A stretch of DNA of 63,279 nt, counting the filler, from Octopus bimaculoides (lineage: Eukaryota): NCBI RefSeq assembly GCF_001194135.2. It is 6 parts of 5 records of this genome, joined end to end, with 100 filler letters (N's around TTAATTAATTAA, not from the genome) between each part and the next. Parts side by side here need not be neighbours in the genome. Positions count along the whole stretch, not along the records: positions 1 to 31,628 come from NC_068982.1; 5 more parts are not named here. One strand, given 5' to 3'. The notes beneath the pieces are model-generated. The model did not search any database. It had not been told where the DNA came from and saw only the letters and a list, made by a program, of their open reading frames with translations. Shown piece by piece: positions 1 through 9,745 of the stretch. The translations under genes were made by a program, and so were the position numbers. Each line of letters begins with the position of its first letter. Positions within the stretch are counted from its first letter, which is position 1.

Positions 1-180
1 AAAAGCACCCACTACACTCTCTGAGTGGTTGGCGTTAGGAAGGGCATCCAGCTGTAGAAACTCTGCCAAATCAGACTGGAGCCTGGTGTTGCCATCCGGT
101 TTCACCAGTCCTCAGTCAAATCGTCCAACCCATGCTAGCATGGAAAGCGGACGTTAAACGATGATGATGATGATGATGAT
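1..180 (+). mobile_element. 3' part of a high-copy SINE/LINE-tail repeat ending in (GAT)n
   Basis: Near-identical copies at ~4400-4626, 16360-16695, 20140-20440 and 28350-28565. Confidence 0.8.
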
Positions 181-942
181 GATTTCCCCTTCGTAACAAT
201 ATATACGACGGGCTACTTTCAGTTTCCGTCTACCAAATCCACTCACAAGACTTTGGTTGGCCCAAGGGTATAATAGTAGAAGACACTTGCCTAAGATGCC
301 ACACAGTGAGACTGAACCCGGAACCATGTGGTTGGGAAGCGAGCTTCTTACCACACAGCCACATTCATTAATCACTGACTCATTTAACAAGGTAGCTTTT
401 TTTTTTTTAAACTAAATACCCGTGATAAACGCAAGTAGATGCATCAGCTTTAAAGAAACTATTTTGCGTCTGTTATTGATGCATAAAATAATTATTTATG
501 CTTCGCACCATCACCTGCCACAGAAATAGTTTATTGCGCAATAACGGAGAATAATTTGAGGGCGGACTGTACCTGTGACCTCTTTTCGGCTTTCGATTAT
601 TTTTTACTGTAATGTTTAGACTCTGAGACTAATGTGCTACCTACTGCTGTGCCAAGGTAGTTTACAGTATTATTTATATTAGAGATCGGTATGATGTCTC
701 GCGTTTCTCGTGTGTCCATTTAAATGAGGAATGAAGATATAAACGAATTTAGCTATTCCTCTTGGGTAACAACTTTGTGATTAGCAGAGAACAGTGTCAG
801 ACGTAACTATGGATAACTAGCGCCTGATGTGAAATAATAAACAACCTACACTAATAACAGAGAGAAGCGAAAGTTTTAAACGTGAGAACAAATTTGCATG
901 TCGATATATATATATATATACACACAAACACACACCCATATA

Positions 943-1304
943 CAGGGTGATTCAAAAGTCGCCATACATAGGAACAATTTATCTTTTTATAAGAAACGGT
1001 TTATAAGAAGTTTTTCTTTTTATTTAACAGGCTCTATATGGTTACCATTGTTTTGAATACACATTACAATACGTCTACCCCATTCATTGTGAACTTGTAA
1101 CAGCACATCTGGTGATACCTGTGCAAAGGAGTTGGTGATGCGTTCCTTCAAATGATTTATGTCTTTTATCTTTCCGCGATACACCATGCCTTTCAAATGC
1201 CCCCAAAGATAGGAATCAAGAGGGGTCAGATCAGGGAATCTTATGAACTGTTTCTTATAAAAAAATACATTTTTCCTATGTATTGAGACTTTTGAATCAC
1301 TCTG
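943..1304 (-). mobile_element. Internally deleted Tc1/mariner-superfamily element
   Basis: TIRs cagggtgattcaaaagtc / gacttttgaatcactctg with TA on both flanks. The minus strand encodes a transposase C-terminus (PDLTPLDSYLWGHLKGMVYRGKIKDINHLKERIT...). Confidence 0.85.
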
Positions 1305-2237
1305 TATATATTAATCGAAGTGTACAGTATTATATATCCATTACAGTCAATCTTACCAATCGGTTTTGCACCAGAGATTCAACGGAATGTTATGTAAAAG
1401 TCCGATTATGTAACCCTGCGCTCTTCAGAGGTAGCCGTTATGGAATGAAATATGGCGACTACTCTCTACTGTTGGAGGTGAACAGGCACATCCGGTTTGT
1501 GGTTGTTGGGAAAAAGATGATGAAACGAATCGAGCAGGGATTAAGTTATGTCCCTTAGTATCAAAAACATCATCTCTGGAGTTGGTCTTGCTGCAAGTCG
1601 GCGAAAGCTTTCTGAAAAAGAGTCTATGGGAAATGTGTATCTTTAAGGTTGGTGCTCTTGTGGAAATGGATTCTATAGCCTTTTCAGAGAAGGGGCAAGC
1701 ACATCTGTGCTCATTAGTGTTTCCTTTTACGTTTTGGTTAAATTCTTGGGGCATTTAGGTCTGCCATACTTCATTTTTAATACTTATTCTATCTGATATC
1801 ATTCTCGACACTCTCTCATATCCGTCATCAATGACTCCTCCCACCTTTGTGCCCCACCACCACCAAGTACCTCTGACCTCCATCTCTGCAACTGTTCATC
1901 ATCCTCTCCTCTCCTCCACTCATCACATCATTTATTTTCAGATCTATCGATAGATTTATGACGATGATGCTCTCCACACCTCTTGTGCCGCAGTTTGTCA
2001 CTCCTCCGTTCTGTGCCTCTTCTATCTCTCTCACCTCACTCCTCCATACTGATATTTACCAACATCTCCGCCTCCATCCTTGTTCACCCCCACTCCATCC
2101 ACCTCTACCCCATCTCTAACCATCTTTCACCCTTCTCCACCGTCACCCTCTCCTTCCCTCCTGATCATTGACTTCACCTGTCATAAATGAACTGCAAAGG
2201 CCATAGCCCAGCTCCATCTTACGCGAATACACAAACC

Positions 2238-2276
<39 letters not shown>

Positions 2277-2505
2277 AATAGAAACAGGTTTCAAAGAAAA
2301 AAGACTACACGCGGTATAATTAGGTGAAAAGTAAAAAGAAACAAGGAAAATGCAACTTAGGTATAAAAGTAATAGCTTTAAAAAAAACAAAGATATATAC
2401 AAACAAGAGGCGGAATTAAGAAGTATAAAAATCATTATTATGAGTCATTATAGAAAGCCATACCGGTTTCGCCATAGCTGGTCACTGACTTTGGATCAAC
2501 ATATA

Positions 2506-2711
2506 TATAGTCGTCACTAAAGTGACGGAGAGTGCTAGTGTGCACTAGCGTTGCTAGAAATAAGAGTCAGAACAACTCTTAGCTACATGAGAGCACTTTT
2601 CTAACGGCCGACAAGGGAGGATAGTCATTAAATACGTGCTCTCACGTGGCTAAGAGTTATTTTGACTTATTTCTAGCATCCTCTGCCGTCACTTTAGTAA
2701 CAACGACTATA
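2506..2711. mobile_element. Foldback/MITE-like element with long imperfect inverted arms
   Basis: tatagtcgtcactaaagtgacgg...gctagaaataagagtcagaacaactcttagctacatgagagcac is mirrored by gtgctctcacgtggctaagagttattttgacttatttctagc...ccgtcactttagtaacaacgactata. Confidence 0.75.
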
Positions 2712-2848
2712 CTTGTTACCTTTCGGTTACAAAATTGCGAATAGATGGATGGATATATCGTCAGTAAAGCATAAATCCGAAAAAGAAGCAAACTCTAAGT
2801 TATAGAGCAGTAAATTATATAAATAAAGTTAGATAAGATCGGTTTATA

Positions 2849-2907
2849 GGATTACCCTGGGTCTCGCGTCCATAAAGCACTCAGCTTTACGGTGTGTCAT
2901 CAGATCC
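2849..2907 (-). ncRNA. Degenerate type-I hammerhead-like motif at the 3' end of a Penelope-like element
   Basis: Minus strand reads GGAU CUGAUGA caca CCGUAAAGC ugagu GCUUUAUGG acgc GAGA CCC a GGG UA AUCC. Stems I and III pair, but GAAA is changed to GAGA and the base of stem II is mismatched. Confidence 0.5.
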
Positions 2908-3013
2908 CAAACCTGTTGGCTTATGGTGTCTCTAGTGAGCGGCCTTTCTAGAATGTGGAGAAGGAAAGGACCTTACTACTCAATGACAATAACAGGGAAT
3001 TGGCTCCCTTTGG

Positions 3014-3727
3014 CTATCGATCGTAAGTGACCCTGTTATCTTGTGAATTCCAATAGGCCAGCAGGAATTTCCTGAAAGGCAAGCACGGTCCGAAAACCTT
3101 CGTTCTGGAGTTAAGGATGTTCGCTGAGTCGAGGGAGTCCTTTAGTATCCTCGCCCATTCCGCTACGCACAGTTTACAACGCTTGATCCCGTTTATGTAG
3201 GCGCCTAGATTTTCTAGGATTCTCCACGATATTGTATGTGGAATCCCGTCATCCTTCAGCTGCCATACATGGCTGGCTAATGATGCAATGTATTTCCTTT
3301 TCGTTATCCTGAAGGAGGATCTGTGGTCGGAGAGGCGTTGCTTGAATGTGTTACTGGAGCAACCGATGTATCTCCGTTCTCGGGTGTTGGTGGTGTTGCT
3401 GCTACCGCTGTTGATGGTACTGGTGCTGTTGGTGCCACTAGAGGTGGAGATGGAGATGGTGTTGGTGCCGTTACTACTGGTGTTGGTAATGGTGCTGCTG
3501 TTCTTATGGTCATCGTCGTTGGTGGAGGCGCTGTCACTGCTGCTATAGCTAACACTGGCGATGGCTCTGCTGCTATTTCCGTTACGGATACTGTCGCTGA
3601 TGTCATTGATGTTAGCGCTGGCGACGGTGCTGCCGCCGGTTCTGTTCGTGTCTCTGCTGCTGCTGCTGCTGCTATTGGTACTGTCGACCCTGCTGCTGTA
3701 GAAGCCGTTGGGGAGTTGCTGATGTTG
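3014..3727 (-). mobile_element. Penelope-like element GIY-YIG endonuclease region (stop-free frame, no ATG)
   Basis: The frame reads S/T/N-rich segment, then RRYIGCSSNTFKQRLSDHRSSFRITKRKYIASLASHVWQLKD...SWRIL...KRCKLCVAEW...ILNSRTKVFGPCLPFRKFLLAYWNS. This matches the typical PLE endonuclease C-terminal pattern. Confidence 0.85.
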
Positions 3728-5049
3728 CTAAATCTTTTACAAAAGATATTACAACATCAAAGATAAGGAAGTAACGTCTTCTAAACCACGGAAGTGTTCT
3801 AGGGATAGAGTCAACCAAATTTTACACACAAGGTTTTGGTTAACCCAAAGATATGGAAAAAGGCATTTACTCAAAGTGCCATGAGGCAGATATGAACCTG
3901 GAATCATGCAATAGCGAAAATACAGTGCCACCCTAATCTTTTTAATACCACTCCACATCAGACCACCACCTCCAGTACTTTGAGGAAGAAGTTTAAAAAC
4001 ATTTCATATTTAAATAAAAACCATCTATTTTGTCTCAAACGCCAGCTTTTGTAATGTTGTGTTTCAAATAACAGCTTGTGTAATGTCCCAAGCATTGAGA
4101 AAAGTTAGTTGTTTTATTAAATCCCATGAGTCCCACAAGGTGGGACAGCTGCTGCAAGTGTCACTGACTATTCTCTGTGGCAACACCTTTGCAATCATGT
4201 CCACGAGACGCAGCCAAACATGCCATTCGTTCTGGGATTACAAGCCGTTACTCCCGCCGACATCATCTGCTACTTACAGTAATCCCTTGACTATCGCAGG
4301 GGTTATGTTCCAAAACCCCCCGTGATAGGTGAAAATTCACGAAGTAGAAACTGTACTGTACTGCATATTTGTTTTATTTTTATAATTTGTATATATGGCC
4401 GTTGCCAGTACCGCCAGACTGTCCTTCGTGCCGGTGGCACGTAAAAGCACCCACTACACTCTCGGAGTGGTTGGCGTTAGGAAGGGCATCCAGCTGTAGA
4501 AACTCTGCCAAATCAGATTAGAGCCTGGTGTAGCCACCTGATTCACCAGTCCTCAGTCAAATCATCCAACCCATGCCAGCATGGAAAGCGGACGTTAAAT
4601 GACGATGATGATGATGATGATGATGATTTTAAATGAAAAACAACTCCATGGAGGAATCGACATAAGCTTAAATAATAAACTGCGATAGGTGAATTGCGAT
4701 ATGGCAAGGGATTACTGTAATCCCCCCGTTTTTTTCTTCTTTTTCTTTGTTTCATTAGGCTTTTCTTGATAATTTGATCTTTTTTTACATTCAATTTCTT
4801 TTTCTTCTCTTTCTACAAAAATATGTCACAAACAAAACATCAAATAGTTCAAAGTATAGCTGTAAATGTTTTCAAAATTAACTGAAACACAAGGACAGTG
4901 GTATTTCATTGGAAAATATGATCATTGAATAGTTTTAAAACAATTTCCCCCTGGTAAGTAAAATAGACATTAAGAGAATGGAACATAGAAAGAGAGACCA
5001 GAGTAGGAAAAGAAAGAATGTTAGATTCATAAATAAACAGAGGTAAGTA

Positions 5050-5220
5050 GGCGCAGGAGTGGCTTTGTGGTAAGTAACTTGCTTACCAGCCACATGGTTC
5101 CGGGTTCAGTCCCACTGTGTGGCACCTTGGGCAAGTGTCTTCTACTATAGCCTCGGGCTGACCAAAGCCTTGTGAGTGGATTTGGTAGACGGAAACTGAA
5201 AGAAGCCCGTCGTATATATG

Positions 5221-5267
<47 letters not shown>

Positions 5268-5471
5268 TTGTGTGTGTGTCTGTGTTTGTCCCCCCAACAT
5301 CACTTGACAACTGATGCTGGTGTGTTTACGTCCCCGTAACTTAGCAGTTCAGCAAAAGAGACTGATAGAATAAGGACTAGGCTTACAAAGAATAAGTCCT
5401 GGGGTCGATTTGCTCGACTACAGGCGGTGCTCCAGCATGGCCACAGTCAAATGACTGAAACAAGTAAAAGG
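5050..5471 (+). mobile_element. Full-length tRNA-derived SINE (dominant family in window)
   Basis: Head ggcgcaggagtggct.tgtggtaag with B-box-like ggttcagtcc, internal (TA)n, tail gactgaaacaagtaaaag. Further copies at ~185-362(-), 17328-17763, 22691-23068, 34680-34960, 53805-54150, 54985-55170(-) and elsewhere. Confidence 0.85.
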
Positions 5472-6448
5472 GTAGAAGATGGGGGTTTCTATTTTTTGCA
5501 ACAATCATTGTAGAATGCAAAGATAAGGGGTCATAAACTTGCACCAAAGTGTAACTCCAACAAATACATAAAAATAATTCTAATTTTAGCACAGGGCCAG
5601 CAATTTTGAGGGGAGTGGGCAAGTCGATTACTTCAACCCCACTACTTGTACTTTATTTTATTAACCCCATAAGGATGAAAAATAAAGTCAGCTGCAATGG
5701 ATTTGAATTCAGAACATTCAGAGCTGAAAGAAATGCTGCCAAATGTTTTATCTGATGCGCTCACAATTCTGCCAGCTTGCTATTATTAACAGGTTGGCAC
5801 CATGTAAAAAACACCCATGATGGTGCTACATAAAGAGCACCCAGTACACACAGTAGTAAACTGGTTGGCACTAGGAAGGGCATCCAGCCATAGAAACCTT
5901 ATCAAAACAGACAACTGGGGCCCGGTGCGCCTCTCTGGCTTTCCCACTCCTGTCACATCATCCAACATATGCCAGCATGGAAAACAGATTAACTGAAGAT
6001 GATGATGCTAAAAAAATAATGGACTTGAAATATAAATAGAGATGGCTCTTACATATCATCTAATTATGTAGACCACTGATTAAGGTAAACGACTTACTGG
6101 CTTGATGCCAACAGTAAACAGAAGGCTTTAAATAAAATTTGTACTAATTAGTTGTTTTAATTTCCTTTCTGACTTGTATTTGTCTAATAATTAACTTGAT
6201 CTCATTTGAAACTGAAGCAATTGCATAGAAGAAGCACAACTTTAGTTGCTTAAAAACACTCAGAAATTCGTTTACAAGATTTTCATTGTGCAGTCATGGA
6301 TGTGTGCTAAGAAGTTTGCTTCCCAACCATGTGATCTTGGGTTCAGTCCCACTGCACAGCACTTTGGGCAAGTGTCTTCTGCTATAGTCACAGGCTGACT
6401 AAAGCCTTGCGAGTTGATTTGGTAGATGGAAACTGAAAGAAGCCCATA

Positions 6449-6482
<34 letters not shown>

Positions 6483-6963
6483 CTTTATCTAGACATCATG
6501 TGATGGCTGTAAATGAGCATCACCATACAAGCAAAGTTGTTTGTTTCCAGTCTTCTATGAAAGCATGTCTAGGTACGGGGAAATACTAATTTCCTTAGAA
6601 AAAAGCGAAGGTTGGTGACAGAAAGGGCATCCAGCTGTATAAAATTTGCCGCAACAAATTCCATCAAACACATGCAAGTTTGGAAAAGTGAACATCAAAT
6701 GCTGATGAAGATGACGATGAGGTGCAAGTTGGTCACTGACATAGTTGTAGTGGAATAATATCAATGACCATGTTGCAGAAATGTGGCGAAAATTTCGACA
6801 TGTCAGGAAAAAAAAAAATATTGGTTTTTGTGTTTTAAATACCAAAATGGCTCTTCCGTGACATATATGCAAAGAATTTTCTTTGCTTTCCCAAGTTACA
6901 ATACTTCTATAAAAGGATCTTTAGAGCTGCTTGCTTCTGGTGCATAATTTCTATTTTATTCAG

Positions 6964-7038
6964 CCTAAGAAGCATCATAACAAACCAGTGTATAGTTATG
7001 TTTAAACTATACACTGATTTGTTATGATGCTTCTTAGG
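6964..7038. repeat. Near-perfect hairpin, 34-bp stem and 7-nt loop
   Basis: cctaagaagcatcataacaaaccagtgtatagtt / aactatacactgatttgttatgatgcttcttagg, one mismatch. Confidence 0.9.
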
Positions 7039-7051
7039 GTTAGGGTTAGGG
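7034..7051 (+). repeat. (TTAGGG)3 interstitial telomere-like repeat
   Basis: ttagggttagggttaggg overlaps the 3' arm of the hairpin. Confidence 0.7.
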
Positions 7052-7751
7052 TCCCTATATACTCCAGACTAGCCAATCCAACCTAGTTTTGGAAGTGACA
7101 CAAGTGCATGACACTGACAAGCTGCAACAATGATGAAATACATATCTGTTATTTTTGCAGTCACTTCCGGGGCAATCCGGTTGTGCCCAGCTCTGAAGTA
7201 TATTGTGATTTTAATACAATATATGTAGAATAGAGCTTCTGATCGTTCAATGAGACATATATGTTTATATCATAATTTCATATTTTTAATTCAAATGAAA
7301 TTTGGTTCTGTCTTATTCAATTTGCTTCGATATTGTCACCATTCCGATTTGACAAGAACATAAACAAAAATATATTTTAAAAAAACTAAACAAAAAACAA
7401 CAAAAGGAAAAACATTTCATCTTCAATTTGTTTTAGTAATAAAAAGTCAGAGAGTAACTTTTATAGGTGGGTATTGAACACTTTATAGTCATTAAATAAT
7501 AATAATTGTGATATCTGACAGAGGCACAGGGCCACAAATAAATGAGGAGGTGGGTATAGTTGATTATATCAATCCCAGTATATGACTGGTACTTTATTTT
7601 ATCAACTTCACACAGATGAAAGGTAAAGTTGATCCTAGTAGGATTTGAACTCAGAACGTAAAGGGACTTAAATGAATACCACAAGATATTTTGTTTTGAC
7701 ATTCTACTGACTCTGTCATCAACTGCCCTAGTAATAAAAAACAATAATGAC

Positions 7752-7791
<40 letters not shown>

Positions 7792-8343
7792 GTTTTGGCA
7801 ATACAAACAGGAAAATAAAACTTAAAACATGAGTAAATATACTTTTTTTTATTATTAATCAGCAGAAGTCACAAAATGACTCAAAGACTAAGAATTTTGC
7901 GTATTGGCATTTACCAAAGTTTGCTAAGAGCCAATGCACGAAACTCTCAGCCTTGAGTCACTCTGTAATTTCAGCCAATTAATAATAATAATAATTTCAA
8001 AATTAACAAAAACAACTAATTAAAGTACCAATTTGGTAAGTCATTATCACCACTTCTCATTAGAGCAGTGATTGCTTCTTCTGACTGTTGGATCTATTTC
8101 CGACCCATTCTAAGTAAAATAATTCAAATGGAAGCAATCAATAATACTGGCTCATATCAGGAATAGAATTAATTTCTTTTTGTAATTAAAATTTATAGAG
8201 GAATTCAGCTTGTTTTTTTTTTGTTTTGTTTTCATTTGTTTTCCTTTTCTTTTATTTATATATATATATATGTATATATTTATATATTTTTGTAACCAAA
8301 ATGGCTCAACAACAGAAGTGAATTTAGCACTGAAAATAAAGTT

Positions 8344-9678
8344 TCAGTTACCAAAATCACTAATAGTACTATTATGGCGGGTTTTCCGCAGTCCTAAGTC
8401 ATTTTCATTCGAACTTTTGGCAGAACTCGATAATGCAGCAGTTTTATTAAAATCTATTTCAGCGTAACTCTCAGTACGTTTGCCTGGAGATTCAGGGAAA
8501 GACGAGAAACCTAAAGGTGACGTTGGTGACACACAACCACCACTAGACAGGTTATCGGAACTCCGATTTAAATCCAGTTGTATATATGTTACTTTGCGGC
8601 CCTCGTTGCTGGCCTGGGGGACTGGCGGAGGGGGTGGTAGGGGATGGAAAGGCTGAGCTTGCACCAAGCAGTGTGGTACTTGTTGTTGCTGTGGTTGCCC
8701 AGTTTGTTTCATTTGAACTTGATGCAGTGAAGCTTGCTGGCTGTTACTGGGAGTGGACAAACAAGGGGAAGCTGCTGCAGAGGCAACTGTTGACAGGGGC
8801 AACACGGGGCTGTTCTGAATTGATACGTTAGCATAATTACAGTCACCAGCGTTCAGTGTATTTAGATTCAAACCCTCAACGTCTCCGTTACAGTCTGCAG
8901 TTACATTGATGTAGTTTGGATTGCCGGACTGGTCTCCAGCCACATCTGTGAACACTTCAGGATCGGCATAATTACCATTGCCATCGGTAATCATGTCCGG
9001 TTGAGAATCAATGCTTTCATCACAAAGATTCTCCGTACTCTTGGGTAAATCCAAGACAGCATAATTTACAGCAGAATCTTGTAGAATGACACAAACGTCC
9101 ATGTCCAAAAGAGGCGTTGTACTGTCCGTAAGTCCAGAATGCATCTGAGGCATGGCATTGATATAGTCGTGACTAGTGCTGTCTGCGACAGTGGAACCAT
9201 TTACATAAAGACGCATACCATTGTTGCAACGCATCAAACCATTCTGAGGCAAACGATTGGATATCATCATTCCGTTATGATCGGGATTTTCAATCATGGA
9301 ATTTGGACGACTATGAAGTCGGTTGGTACTGCCAAGGTGGCTCTGGTTGGCACGTTCCTCTTGCCCAGCTCGCTGAATACATTCCTGAACCAAATTGAAC
9401 AACTCTTCAGCATGCTGACATTTGAAAGCAAATATAGCAGGCCCCGTAGGACAACGTCGACCACTCTCAAATGAAAAGAGCTCTGCATCACAGCCATAGC
9501 GTCGCAGACAACGAACTGGCCATCGAACAGTCTCTTTACCTTTTTGGTATAAGATCAAATCCTGTTCCCCCACTTCTATCTTGCCAGCATTCAGCTCAAG
9601 TCCATTGTCGTCAACATTGTAGACACGGAAAACACGTCTGGTGGGGTTTATATCTCTGCGAGAATATATACACCCCAT
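8344..9678 (-). CDS. FRS2: Fibroblast growth factor receptor substrate 2/3-like adaptor, 444 aa, single coding exon
   Basis: N-terminal MGCIYS myristoylation motif and an IRS-type PTB domain (LRRYGCDAELFSFESGRRCPTG). Grb2-type YxN motifs (YVN, YIN, YIN, YAN), SHP2-type VTYIQLDL and SYAEIDF, and the conserved C-terminal RKTRHNST. Confidence 0.95.
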   Translation of the reverse strand: MGCIYSRRDINPTRRVFRVYNVDDNGLELNAGKIEVGEQDLILYQKGKETVRWPVRCLRRYGCDAELFSFESGRRCPTGPAIFAFKCQHAEELFNLVQECIQRAGQEERANQSHLGSTNRLHSRPNSMIENPDHNGMMISNRLPQNGLMRCNNGMRLYVNGSTVADSTSHDYINAMPQMHSGLTDSTTPLLDMDVCVILQDSAVNYAVLDLPKSTENLCDESIDSQPDMITDGNGNYADPEVFTDVAGDQSGNPNYINVTADCNGDVEGLNLNTLNAGDCNYANVSIQNSPVLPLSTVASAAASPCLSTPSNSQQASLHQVQMKQTGQPQQQQVPHCLVQAQPFHPLPPPPPVPQASNEGRKVTYIQLDLNRSSDNLSSGGCVSPTSPLGFSSFPESPGKRTESYAEIDFNKTAALSSSAKSSNENDLGLRKTRHNSTISDFGN

Positions 9679-9718
9679 ATTGGTTTATGTTTCTCCCCCA
9701 CCGCCCTTCTCAAATGTT

Positions 9719-9745
9719 CTGAAAAAAAAAGAAAGAGAAAAATAT
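9719..9745 (-). promoter_or_regulatory. Splice acceptor of the FRS2 coding exon (exon starts 9718, 40 nt before the ATG)
   Basis: Minus strand reads tttttctctttctttttttttcag|aacatttg. Confidence 0.8.

Noticed and set aside
632-656. Possible first exon MCYLLLCQ-G with a nearby GC box
   Set aside because: Weak donor (GTAGTT), very short, and no matching downstream exon found.
3304-3766. Mucin-like Thr/Pro/Ala and Val/Gly/Ala ORFs in the track
   Set aside because: They are alternative frames of the low-complexity insert in the PLE endonuclease frame.
7129-7196. C/D-box snoRNA-like ATGATGA...CTGA
   Set aside because: No terminal stem, and I could not match the guide to an rRNA target.
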